Shown here: positions 18,932 through 28,150 of the stretch, piece after piece
Numbering within the stretch: the first letter of the stretch is position 1
Layout: every line of letters begins with the position of its first letter
Source: Spirochaetales bacterium
GTDB taxonomy: Bacteria > Spirochaetota > Spirochaetia > UBA9216
Direction of reading: 5' to 3'
DNA length: 63,745 nt
NCBI GenBank assembly: GCA_003245835.1
Contig: QKCC01000046.1
Span: 1 to 63,745, forward strand
Made by a program: the position numbers and the translations under genes
The notes under the pieces: generated by a model
Database searches by the model: none
What the model was told of the DNA's origin: nothing
Seen by the model: only the letters and a program-made list of their open reading frames with translations

Positions 18932-19775
18932 ATGGCTTAAAGTAAAATATAAGGCGGGCTATGATTTCACCAGGGTTGAAAACCTTCTTGACAGGCTGCA
19001 TCTGAACACTGTGTGCGAAGAAGCAGCCTGCCCTAACAAGGGTGAATGCTTCAACAGAAAAACAGCCACATTTATGATTCTAGGTAGGGTATGTACCCGT
19101 TTCTGCACCTTCTGCAATGTCACTGGCGGAAATCCCGAGGTTGTTGATTCGGAAGAACCCGCTAATATCGCCCAGGCAGTGAAAGAGCTGGAGCTTAAGC
19201 ATGTAGTAATTACATCCGTAACAAGGGATGATCTTCCTGACGGGGGGGCAGCTCATTTTGCGGATGTGATCCGGGCTGTAAAATCAGAATATGATAAGGT
19301 GATTATCGAAGTCCTGATTCCTGATTTCCAGGGAGATGAAAACGCCCTGAATCTTGTGATTTCTGCTTCTCCGCATATAATCAACCATAACGTCGAGACA
19401 ATCCCGTCCCTGTATCACGAAGTCCGTCCGCAGGCAGACTACAGGCAGTCGCTTCAGCTGCTTGAGAGGGTAAAGACCCTGAATAATTTGATTTACACAA
19501 AATCAGGCATCATGCTGGGACTCGGTGAAACTGAATACGACGTAATCAATGTTTTTAAGGATCTTCGCTCAGCCGGCTGCGATTTTCTTACTGTAGGGCA
19601 GTATCTTTCGCCTTCGAAACAGCACCATCCGGTAGTTGAATGGGTGCATCCGGATCAGTTTGCCCGCCTCCATGACAAGGCAATGGAGCTCGGTTTTCTT
19701 CATGCATCATGTGCCCCGCTTGTCAGAAGTTCATACCTTGCTGATGAGGCAATGAAATCAATAAGGAATGATTAG
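18909..19775 (+). CDS. lipA: Lipoyl synthase
   Basis: [26 protein letters not shown]. Confidence 0.95.
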   Translation: MKITNRPEWLKVKYKAGYDFTRVENLLDRLHLNTVCEEAACPNKGECFNRKTATFMILGRVCTRFCTFCNVTGGNPEVVDSEEPANIAQAVKELELKHVVITSVTRDDLPDGGAAHFADVIRAVKSEYDKVIIEVLIPDFQGDENALNLVISASPHIINHNVETIPSLYHEVRPQADYRQSLQLLERVKTLNNLIYTKSGIMLGLGETEYDVINVFKDLRSAGCDFLTVGQYLSPSKQHHPVVEWVHPDQFARLHDKAMELGFLHASCAPLVRSSYLADEAMKSIRND

Positions 19776-19779
19776 CTGA

Positions 19780-20265
19780 ATGTATGCAATCTATATTGTC
19801 TGCGCAGCCGCATTGGTAATCTCATTTATTGCTGATCGCCGAAAAACCTTGAAAGCGCTCAGGATAGCCCTAAAGAAAATTCTGAATATCTTACCGGCTT
19901 TCGGCTTAATGCTTGTGATAGTTTCCGCTGTGCTGTATTTTCTCCCCCAGGACGTTATTGCCCGTCAGCTTGACTCAGGCAGCTCCATCAGGAATATCGG
20001 AATCGCAGCCGTTCTTGGTTCTGTGGCGATGCTTCCCGGCTTCATTGCTTTTCCCCTATGCGGGCTTCTTCGTGACAGCGGAGTCTCATGGGCTGTAATC
20101 GGAGCGTTCTCAACAAGTCTTATGCTTGTAGGCGTAATTTCTTTCCCTGTTGAAAAACATTATCTTGGCACAAAGACTGCGCTGCTGAGGAATTGCATTG
20201 CACTGTTGATGTCGATAATCATTGCACTCCTGATCGGCCTGCTTTACGGAGAATTCCTTTCGTGA
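19780..20265 (+). CDS. Permease (DUF318/ArsP-like half)
   Basis: Hydrophobic multi-TM protein with AAVLGSVAMLPGFIAFPL motif; 4 nt downstream of lipA. Confidence 0.65.
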   Translation: MYAIYIVCAAALVISFIADRRKTLKALRIALKKILNILPAFGLMLVIVSAVLYFLPQDVIARQLDSGSSIRNIGIAAVLGSVAMLPGFIAFPLCGLLRDSGVSWAVIGAFSTSLMLVGVISFPVEKHYLGTKTALLRNCIALLMSIIIALLIGLLYGEFLS

Positions 20266-20780
20266 AGAAACGGCATATAATATTATTCAGCGGTTATGCG
20301 TTATTTATTATTGTTTCACTTTTTACGGCTTACCCGCCCGGTATAACGATTGGAAAGAATTTTATTTCATTCGGGGTCTCGATGCTTAAAGTTCTTCCTG
20401 CGGCCTTTATCTTAATCGGACTTTTTGATGTCTGGGTCAAAAAAGAAACTATAGAGAAGCATCTTGGTTCGGGAGCGGGACCTGTATCATATTTCTGGAT
20501 ACTTCTGCTCGCCGGTTCATCTGTAGGCGGCATTTATGTTTCATTACCGGTTTCTGCCGCTCTTTATCGCAAGGGTGCTGCCCTTTCCGTTATTTTCGCC
20601 TACCTGACTGCTTCCGCAGTTTTTCGGATACCGATGTGTATTTTCGAATCAACATTTCTCGGTTTAAAATTCACACTGCTTCGCTTTGCGGTTTCCCTTC
20701 CATTGATAATCCTGTCCTCACGGATACTCGCTCGTATTACTGAAAAATCGCCTGAAAAAGACAAGATATACCCTGAATAA
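20262..20780 (+). CDS. Permease (DUF318/ArsP-like half)
   Basis: GTG start overlapping the previous stop (GTGA); LIGLFDVWV..ETIEKHLG, GGIYVSLP, FESTFLG motifs. Confidence 0.65.
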   Translation: MKKRHIILFSGYALFIIVSLFTAYPPGITIGKNFISFGVSMLKVLPAAFILIGLFDVWVKKETIEKHLGSGAGPVSYFWILLLAGSSVGGIYVSLPVSAALYRKGAALSVIFAYLTASAVFRIPMCIFESTFLGLKFTLLRFAVSLPLIILSSRILARITEKSPEKDKIYPE

Positions 20781-20880
20781 TCTATCGAATATGATTTTTT
20801 CTGATTATTTCAGTATAAATTCTGAAATTTCAACCTTTTGGTTGATTTACAATTCAATCTATCGGGTACATTATTATACA

Positions 20881-21037
20881 ACTTTTAAGTAAAAGGATTA
20901 AAAGTAGCATTAAGAGAATGTTTTTAATCTTTGAAAGTTTGAGATTTAAAACAGTTAAATCTCTATAAAGTTTTTTTGTCTGCTGTTACCCAGTCTGCGG
21001 GATACAGAAAAGCAGCCGTTTTCACGGCTGCTTTTTT
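20881..21037 (+). ncRNA. Candidate structured small RNA or long 3' UTR (unverified)
   Basis: Possible promoter TTTACA-17-CATTAT (20846-20874), three hairpins and a terminator within a 276-nt gap between convergent genes. Confidence 0.25.
21008..21037. terminator. Bidirectional intrinsic terminator
   Basis: AAAAGCAGCCGT-TTTC-ACGGCTGCTTTTTT. Confidence 0.85.
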
Positions 21038-21056
21038 ATTTGATTAGTATAAGTTA

Positions 21057-22460
21057 TCAGACAATTACTGGATTTGCCCTGCGGACATATTTTCCAAAGC
21101 CCTTTTCCACGCAGAGCTCCCCGTTGTTTACGACTGTAGTTCCGCGTATGATGGTTCTTACGGGAAGACCTTTGATCTGCATTCCTTCGTAGGCATTGTA
21201 ATCTACAGCCATATGATGAGTCTTTGCCGAAATTGTGTGTTCCTTCTCCGGATCCCACAATACAATGTCTGCGTCAGAACCGACTGCGATAGTTCCCTTT
21301 TGCGGATACATACCCATCGATTTAGCAACATTTGTGGAAGTAATCGCTACGAACCGGTTCAGGCTTATACGTCCGGAGTTTACGCCGTTATGGTACATTA
21401 CAGGCATCCGGTCTTCAATTCCGGGTATACCGTTCGGAATTTTATGCCAGCCTTCCCTGCCGAGTTCTTTTCCGGCTATCTTACCGTTAACTCCGCCATC
21501 GTAATGAAACGAACAATGGTCGGTCGCAACACACTGAAGTGTTGTATTCCGCAGAGCTTCCCAGATGTATTCAGCATCCTTCGGCGTTCTGACCGGAGGT
21601 CCGCACGCCCATTTTGCTCCTTCATAGCCTGGGACCCGCATATCGTCCTCGAATTTAAACATATACTGCGTACATGTTTCACCCATAACGTTGTAGCCCT
21701 TTGAACGGCCGAGCGCCATCTGCTCGATTGAATCGGAGCATGACATGTGTACAACGTAGAGTTTGGCGCCGGTAACCGCTGAAAGTGCAATAGCCCTTGC
21801 TGTCGCTTCACCTTCAATCTCCCGGGGATGCGCATCAAGATGGTATTTAGGCTCAAGCTTTCCTTCAGAAACAAGTTTTTCAGTCAGAAGCGCAATTGCA
21901 TCCCCGTTTTCAGAATGAGTCATAAGCATAATGTCGGAATCACGGGCAACTTCCATTGCCTTGTAAAGGGCTGTATCATCAACCATGAAAGCACCTTTAT
22001 ATGCCTGAAAAACCTTAAGCGATGCAACGCCGATATCCTTGAGCGTCGCTATTTCATTAATCGAAGCTTCGGTGGGATCTGTAATTGCAATATGAAAACC
22101 GTAATCGGTTATGGTTTTTCCTTCTGCCTTTTTCTGCCACATCTCGACGCCGTCCTTAAGCGTCGCGCCTTTCTGCTGAAGCGCAAAATCAATATGGCAT
22201 GTAGTTCCGCCGAAAGCGGCAGCTCTCTGTCCTGTAAAAAAATCATCCGCGGTAATTGTTCCGCCGAACGGCATATCAAGATGTGTATGCGGATCAATTC
22301 CGCCCGGCATCAGAAGCAAACCTGCAGCGTCTATAATTTCGGCCCCGTCAGACGGCAGATTCAATCCGATCATAGTTATTTTTTCATCTTCAATTAAAAC
22401 ATCAGCCTTATAGGTATCGCTGGCAGTTACAACGGTACCGTTTTTGATAAGGGTCTTCAT
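21057..22460 (-). CDS. hydA: Dihydropyrimidinase / D-hydantoinase
   Basis: PGGIDPHTH, AAAFGGTT, SLKVFQAY (carbamylated Lys), HSEN, YVVH, TDHC, PNGIPG; GGAGG SD. Confidence 0.92.
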   Translation of the reverse strand: MKTLIKNGTVVTASDTYKADVLIEDEKITMIGLNLPSDGAEIIDAAGLLLMPGGIDPHTHLDMPFGGTITADDFFTGQRAAAFGGTTCHIDFALQQKGATLKDGVEMWQKKAEGKTITDYGFHIAITDPTEASINEIATLKDIGVASLKVFQAYKGAFMVDDTALYKAMEVARDSDIMLMTHSENGDAIALLTEKLVSEGKLEPKYHLDAHPREIEGEATARAIALSAVTGAKLYVVHMSCSDSIEQMALGRSKGYNVMGETCTQYMFKFEDDMRVPGYEGAKWACGPPVRTPKDAEYIWEALRNTTLQCVATDHCSFHYDGGVNGKIAGKELGREGWHKIPNGIPGIEDRMPVMYHNGVNSGRISLNRFVAITSTNVAKSMGMYPQKGTIAVGSDADIVLWDPEKEHTISAKTHHMAVDYNAYEGMQIKGLPVRTIIRGTTVVNNGELCVEKGFGKYVRRANPVIV

Positions 22461-22484
22461 TTTAAACCTCCAAATTGATTTTTA

Positions 22485-22532
22485 TGTTAGCGTTAACAAT
22501 AGTATTTTAATCCCAAATTTCTAATCAGGCAA
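22485..22532 (-). promoter_or_regulatory. hydA promoter with LacI-type operator
   Basis: TTGCCT-17nt-TAAAAT on the minus strand; palindrome TGTTAGCGTTAACA (22485-22498) covers the predicted +1. Confidence 0.65.
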
Positions 22533-22550
22533 CCATAAATCAGGTGAATA

Positions 22551-24551
22551 TCAGGGTCTCGTCTCACTGAGGATCTTAATTATATACATCACTATATACT
22601 GCTTGAAACTATCCTTTTTCTTGATAACCGAGAATGCCCTGTTACCCGACAACATATCTGCGATATTATTGACCCTTTCGGCGTCGGGCACGGCAAATGC
22701 AGTTTCGCGTAATATCTTCCTCATATAGTCGCGAACCATATTGTTTACATCTTTAACAAGATTATTCCTTGCCTGATTATCAAGAAGCGGGTTCCATTGA
22801 TTTGAGAGCTCTTCAATCCTCTGAGGAGCATTTGAGCTGTTATAATTAAGACTCTGCTTAAGATTCTCGACCCCGCGTTTGTACTCGGTCAATCTCCCTG
22901 CAGATTTACTGCCGGAAGAGACTGATCCCCCCGCTGATGTATTATTACGGCCTGCAGATGCTGCGGTGGACCTGGGTACGGAAGCAGTTCCGAGCTGGGC
23001 TTTCAAACTGGTCTTCTTTTTATTCTTGCTTTTTTTGCCGCCGCCGAACATCGCGGCCAGTTTACGGAAAAAACCGAATGTGAGCCAGAACGGAACCAGT
23101 GATCTGACCTCTGAAGCAAGGAGCCTGCGGCTCAGGTTCAGGATAACCGGCAGCGGCCTTGTATCTCTTGTTTTAGGATCAATCCAGCCCTGGGCTACAG
23201 CCTTGAGTTTTACATTTTTTGTTTCATTTATGGCCAGATAAAGAAGGTCGAAGCCAAGGATAGCATATAGAAGCGGGTCTTCTTTCTTGATATTCTGCTC
23301 GAGATCAGCATTAAAAAGCTCATCGCTGTTCATCGAATTTGGTGATTCATAGTTTTTTAATTCAGCGACCCAGTCATCCAGATACTTTCGTCTGTAATAG
23401 TCATGGGCATCATTTATTTTTTTACTTACCAGGGTCAGATATGATAACCGATGGATATAGTATAATTTGTTGTTTACTGTTTTTACCTTAATCAGTTCGG
23501 GAAGAAGTTCATTCTCTTTTAATTTGAACTTTTCATTTAAAAAATCGTGTAAATCTTCCTTTCCATACTGATTTTCAATCAGAAGCCCGTTTTTATCCCT
23601 GAAATCGTAAATATCGCTGATTGTAAAAAAATAAGGTTCTTTTCTGAGCCGTTCTCCAACCGCCCTGAGAGCTTCCGCCCTTTTTTTACCTCGTAAGATA
23701 ATATTTTTATAATAAAGAATGAAGGAATTAATAAGAAATGCTGACTGCAGAAGCCCTTCGTCATGATCTGTTTTATTTTCTTTACCGCTCAGGTCCTTTC
23801 TTAAATAACCGCACATCTGGGTCCAGAATGAAAAGATAAATTCATCCGGCTTTTTTAAAGCTGTCGCTGCACGTCCGGGATTAGACTGTACTGTTTTTAT
23901 TGTATCGATCAAGGCGCGTGTATTCTTGCTGAACGCGGGAACCATCTTCTGGTATATAAAATTGGCATTGTTTTTATATGTCAGGAAATTTCGAATCTTG
24001 CTCACCGCGAGTACAAGCATACGTGAGCCGATTATACTGCTGCTTACAATTACGGGGTCGAGTCCGCCGTTCAGAACAAGCCGGTATATTTTTTCCTCAT
24101 CTTCGGCACCTGAGTTAAGGATGGATGTAAGCCCGTCAGGAAGATGCAGATTGGTCAGGCACTCATCAGGAATGGCCATTCCGATGGACTGCTGTGTCGG
24201 AAACGGGTACTCAGAATTTGCCTCCATCTTTTCATATGCCTGCTGTACGACAATGTTTACATATCCGTAATTTTTTATAATAGAAACTGTACTTCCGTTG
24301 TAAGCAAGCTCGCAAATGCCGGATTTTTCAAGTTCCATCAACATTGCTGTAACAACATCAGATGTGTTTGTAATAAATACCGAGTACTTTCCTGCTTCAT
24401 CATTTATTACGAGGTTGTCGATAAAATTCAGCAGTCCGTCAAAACTTATTTTCCAATTATTTGTTTTTCTTGAGTAACCATTAATAATTTTATGAAGTAT
24501 ATTGGGGCTTTTCACCGGATCAATCCTAAACTCCGTATACATCTTTGTCAA
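22551..24551 (-). CDS. Hypothetical protein, about 665 aa
   Basis: Long ORF with protein-like composition and a Lys/Ser-rich linker before a C-terminal domain. No recognisable catalytic motif. Start is TTG 24551 or ATG 24542. Confidence 0.75.
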   Translation of the reverse strand: MTKMYTEFRIDPVKSPNILHKIINGYSRKTNNWKISFDGLLNFIDNLVINDEAGKYSVFITNTSDVVTAMLMELEKSGICELAYNGSTVSIIKNYGYVNIVVQQAYEKMEANSEYPFPTQQSIGMAIPDECLTNLHLPDGLTSILNSGAEDEEKIYRLVLNGGLDPVIVSSSIIGSRMLVLAVSKIRNFLTYKNNANFIYQKMVPAFSKNTRALIDTIKTVQSNPGRAATALKKPDEFIFSFWTQMCGYLRKDLSGKENKTDHDEGLLQSAFLINSFILYYKNIILRGKKRAEALRAVGERLRKEPYFFTISDIYDFRDKNGLLIENQYGKEDLHDFLNEKFKLKENELLPELIKVKTVNNKLYYIHRLSYLTLVSKKINDAHDYYRRKYLDDWVAELKNYESPNSMNSDELFNADLEQNIKKEDPLLYAILGFDLLYLAINETKNVKLKAVAQGWIDPKTRDTRPLPVILNLSRRLLASEVRSLVPFWLTFGFFRKLAAMFGGGKKSKNKKKTSLKAQLGTASVPRSTAASAGRNNTSAGGSVSSGSKSAGRLTEYKRGVENLKQSLNYNSSNAPQRIEELSNQWNPLLDNQARNNLVKDVNNMVRDYMRKILRETAFAVPDAERVNNIADMLSGNRAFSVIKKKDSFKQYIVMYIIKILSETRP

Positions 24552-24565
24552 CGACGTTATTTTGC

Positions 24566-24595
24566 TTGCCTATATATATTTTTTTCATTTACAAT
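24566..24595 (+). promoter_or_regulatory. Promoter of the purine catabolic operon, leaderless geometry
   Basis: TTGCCT-18nt-TACAAT-7nt-ATG(24603); no SD. Confidence 0.55.
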
Positions 24596-24602
24596 AGATG
24601 CC

Positions 24603-25355
24603 ATGAATAATATGAAGTGGTTTTTTCCTGAATCGGCTGATGAAAGTGTTCATCTCTTTCGGCAGGGCTTCAAGCCTCATGGCGGCGGAACTTTCCTTAT
24701 CAAAACATCATTAAATGTTCCGGGGCTCTTCGACCTCTCGCTCGTTAACGATTTCAAGAATTTTGAAGATGATGGGACCCATTTAAGTATCGGGTCTGCA
24801 CTCAGCTACCATGATTCCGCAGTCCTTCTCGAGTCTGCTTCTGACGGCAACTTTTTTTCAGCAGCACTGCTTTCTGCAGCATCGACCCCGCTTAGAAACA
24901 GAATTACAGTCGGAGGCAGTATCTACGCACTTCCAAAATGGTCCGATATCGCCGCACCTCTTGCCGCCGCTGAGGGTTTGATTGTGCCTGCGGACGATGA
25001 TACTCCGGTCGGCATTTATGAATATATTGATGACCGTGAGCTTAAAAAAAGCATTTTGATATCTTCTATAAAACTGCCGAAACAGAATCTCAACGGTTCT
25101 TATTACCGTTTTACTCTTACCGGTTTCGATTATCCGTTTTTTACGATTGCTGCTTCAGACAGGGGCCGGGGGGTGTTCAGAATTGCAGTCTCGGGAACTC
25201 GCAGCGGCATACAGATTTTCTCAGGTTCAGGAGACTCCATGCTGTCAGAAGCAAAAAGTAATCTCTCGTTCAGTGATGAGCGCGGCATCAGCGGTAAATA
25301 TCTTAAAATGCGTGCATTGATTCAATTAAAACGGATCATCCGGGCAGAGGAGTAA
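24603..25355 (+). CDS. Xanthine dehydrogenase family FAD-binding subunit (YgfM-like, short)
   Basis: FFPES..E, HGGGT, LRNRITVGGS, SDIAAPL; followed by 2Fe-2S and Mo subunits. Confidence 0.8.
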   Translation: MNNMKWFFPESADESVHLFRQGFKPHGGGTFLIKTSLNVPGLFDLSLVNDFKNFEDDGTHLSIGSALSYHDSAVLLESASDGNFFSAALLSAASTPLRNRITVGGSIYALPKWSDIAAPLAAAEGLIVPADDDTPVGIYEYIDDRELKKSILISSIKLPKQNLNGSYYRFTLTGFDYPFFTIAASDRGRGVFRIAVSGTRSGIQIFSGSGDSMLSEAKSNLSFSDERGISGKYLKMRALIQLKRIIRAEE

Positions 25356-25359
25356 CATT

Positions 25360-25845
25360 ATGCAGGATTTGATCACCATTGAGCTGACAATTAACAGCAT
25401 AAAAAAGAAAATCAGTTTCAATCCAGACTCCACTCTGCTTTCTGTCCTGCGCGAAAACGGTTATACCGAAGTTCATAACGGATGTGAGACCGGAGACTGC
25501 GGGGCCTGTGTTGTCATTTTAAACGGGAAGACCGTGAATTCTTGTATGGTGCTTGCCGCGACAGCCCGCAACGGAAACGTGATGACGGTTAGAGCCCTCG
25601 GAGATGTTCATAATCCACACCCCATTCAGCGAGCGTTTGCAGACAGCGGTGCGGTCCAGTGCGGATTCTGTACCCCTGGACAGGTATTAAGTACTTATTC
25701 ACTTTTATCAGAAACCCCTGATCCCTCTGAAACTGAAATTAAAGACGCGCTTGACGGAAATCTCTGCAGGTGTACCGGCTATAAAAAAATTATCGAAGCG
25801 GTTGAACTTGCTGCAGAATATATAAGGGAGGCATCCGATGAATAA
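25360..25845 (+). CDS. Xanthine dehydrogenase family (2Fe-2S) subunit
   Basis: GCETGDCGAC, QCGFCTPG, GNLCRCTGY. Confidence 0.93.
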   Translation: MQDLITIELTINSIKKKISFNPDSTLLSVLRENGYTEVHNGCETGDCGACVVILNGKTVNSCMVLAATARNGNVMTVRALGDVHNPHPIQRAFADSGAVQCGFCTPGQVLSTYSLLSETPDPSETEIKDALDGNLCRCTGYKKIIEAVELAAEYIREASDE

Positions 25846-28150
25846 TGAATTTAAATCCGCCGGCATCTCCCATGCCAAGTTTGATTCTCTTGCACTTGCA
25901 TGCGGCAGTGAAAAATTTACTGATGATTTTATAACAGAAAACCCGCTTTATATTGCATTCAGATATTCCAGTGTTGCAAACGGAATTATAAAAAACATTG
26001 ACACCGCTGCCGCAGAAGCTGCTGAGGGCGTAAAAGCAGTTTTTTACTTCGCCAATACACCCGACAATCTTCACACAACTGCCGGGCAGGGTTTCCCTGA
26101 GCCTTCACCCTATGACTGCAGAATGTTTGACAGGAAAGTCAGATACTTCGGTGACCGTATTGCCGCGGTAGTCGCTGAATCAAGGGTACAGGCTGAAGAT
26201 GCCGCGGCTCTTATTAAAGTCGATATTGAGGAACTTCCGTCCCTTTTTAATATTGAAAAAGCAATGGATCCCGATTCTCCGGTTCTTCACAATGACGGTG
26301 AATACCCCGCTATTCCGGTAACCTATAAGCCGGAACAGAACATAGCGGCCGAGATTATTACAGGCTTCGGTGATGTCGAAGAAGCTCTATCCTCATCTGA
26401 CCTGATTATTGACGAGACATACAGTATGCAGTATGCCTCTCATTGCGCAACCGAACCTCATGCAGTCTCTGTTTACTTTGATACACGGGGAAGGATGATT
26501 ATAATTTCGGCGACCCAGGTACCGTTTCACCTCAGGCGTATTGTAAGCAGGGTGTGCGGAATAGAAATTAAAAACATCAGGGTAATAAAACCCCGTGTCG
26601 GCGGAGGCTTCGGCGGCAAACAGGAGGTATTTCTCGAGCAGGTCGCAGCGCTTGCCGCATGGAGACTGAAGCGTTCAATTAAAATTGTACTGTCACGCAA
26701 AGAGGTATTCATGAACGCGCGGACCCGTCATGCCATGCGCAGCAGGATCCGTATGGGCGTCAATAAAGACGGAACAATTACAGCGCTTGATGTTGATGAC
26801 CTTCTTAACGCCGGTGCTTACGGACCGCACGCGTTGACTGTGCTTTCCAATGCCGGCGCCAAGGTGCTTCCGCTTTTTAATAAAATCGAAAACCTAAGGT
26901 TTACCGGGCGTTCGGTTTATACCAACCTGCCCGTAGGCGGGGCATACCGCGGCTATGGGGCGACTCAGGGTTATTTTGCACTCAACCAGCATATAGATGA
27001 AGCCGCAAGGTTCTGCGGGGCTGACTTCTGCGATTTCGTAAAGGAACGCCATATCAAAAGCGGAGAGACTTCCCGCGTATTCGAAGCCCTCGGTGAAGGA
27101 AAAGAAGGTGTGAGCCAGTATATAAAATCCTGCGGCCTGACCGAATGTATCGACCGCGGAGCTGAAGCAATAAACTGGAACGAACTGCGCGGTAAAAAGC
27201 TCAGGAACGGTACCCGTGTGCGCGGGGTCGGGGCTGCAGTCAGTATGCAGGGTTCCGGAATCCCTGAAATCGACATGGCAAGCTGCCATATCAAAATGAA
27301 CGAAGACGGCTCGTTCAACCTCAGCACCGGCGCGACCGACATAGGCACCGGAAGCGATACCATCCTTGCCCAGATTGCAGCAGAAGCGCTCCAAACCGAT
27401 TATACGAAAATGATAGTTTTATCTTCTGATACCGACAACACACCATTCGACACGGGGGCTTATGCCTCTTCTACAACATACATCACCGGTAACGCGGCAA
27501 GAGAATGTGCGGAAAAGGTACTCGACATAATTTTAGATGCAGCAGCGGAAATACTTTCAGCCGACAAAACCAACCTCAAAGCCGAAGACGGCTGCGTTTA
27601 CGCCCCGGACGGCGAGAGTATCGGCTACGGCGAAATCTGTTCTTACAGGCTTTATACCAGGGGACAGACCCAGATCCAGGCATCGGCATCGTATGTTGCA
27701 CATGAATCGCCTCCGCCCTTTTCAGCAACATTTGCAGATCTCGAAGTCGATACCGAGACTGGCGAAATATTTCTTAATAAAATTGTTGCAGCCGTCGACT
27801 GCGGTCTGCCGCTGAATCCTCTGCTTGCAGAGGGACAGGTCGAAGGCGCAGTGGTGAACGGCATATCCTACGCACTGACCGAGGATTATATTTTCAGCAG
27901 CAGGGGAAGGATGACGAACCCGGATTTCGGCCGGTACAAGATATTTTCAACCCTGGATATACCCGAAATCGTCACTATATTTGCCGATACCTATGAAGAC
28001 ACAGGTCCTTTCGGGGCCAAGAGCGTCGGCGAAATCGGGCTGAACGGCCCAGCTCCGGCAATTGCAAATGCTGTCTTCGATGCAGTTGGGATACGGCTCA
28101 GGCATACTCCGTTCACTCCCGATAAAGTCTGGAAGAAGCTGCATGAATAG
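25838..28150 (+). CDS. Molybdopterin-binding subunit, XdhD-like purine/urate oxidoreductase
   Basis: TTAGQGFPEPSPYD, GGGFGGKQE, GAYRGYG, YASSTT, GAKSVGE. Confidence 0.88.
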   Translation: MNNEFKSAGISHAKFDSLALACGSEKFTDDFITENPLYIAFRYSSVANGIIKNIDTAAAEAAEGVKAVFYFANTPDNLHTTAGQGFPEPSPYDCRMFDRKVRYFGDRIAAVVAESRVQAEDAAALIKVDIEELPSLFNIEKAMDPDSPVLHNDGEYPAIPVTYKPEQNIAAEIITGFGDVEEALSSSDLIIDETYSMQYASHCATEPHAVSVYFDTRGRMIIISATQVPFHLRRIVSRVCGIEIKNIRVIKPRVGGGFGGKQEVFLEQVAALAAWRLKRSIKIVLSRKEVFMNARTRHAMRSRIRMGVNKDGTITALDVDDLLNAGAYGPHALTVLSNAGAKVLPLFNKIENLRFTGRSVYTNLPVGGAYRGYGATQGYFALNQHIDEAARFCGADFCDFVKERHIKSGETSRVFEALGEGKEGVSQYIKSCGLTECIDRGAEAINWNELRGKKLRNGTRVRGVGAAVSMQGSGIPEIDMASCHIKMNEDGSFNLSTGATDIGTGSDTILAQIAAEALQTDYTKMIVLSSDTDNTPFDTGAYASSTTYITGNAARECAEKVLDIILDAAAEILSADKTNLKAEDGCVYAPDGESIGYGEICSYRLYTRGQTQIQASASYVAHESPPPFSATFADLEVDTETGEIFLNKIVAAVDCGLPLNPLLAEGQVEGAVVNGISYALTEDYIFSSRGRMTNPDFGRYKIFSTLDIPEIVTIFADTYEDTGPFGAKSVGEIGLNGPAPAIANAVFDAVGIRLRHTPFTPDKVWKKLHE

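Noticed and set aside
20918-20968. 16-codon ORF MFLIFESLRFKTVKSL in the structured gap
   Set aside because: It has no properly spaced SD, its start is buried in a stem, and the length is expected by chance.
24492-24602. Upstream extensions given by the ORF track (also 6348, 20193, 28062, 31508, 35321, 36246, 40996, 55149, 59425, 61002)
   Set aside because: They overlap neighbouring genes or promoters; downstream starts fit SD or promoter geometry and family N-termini better.
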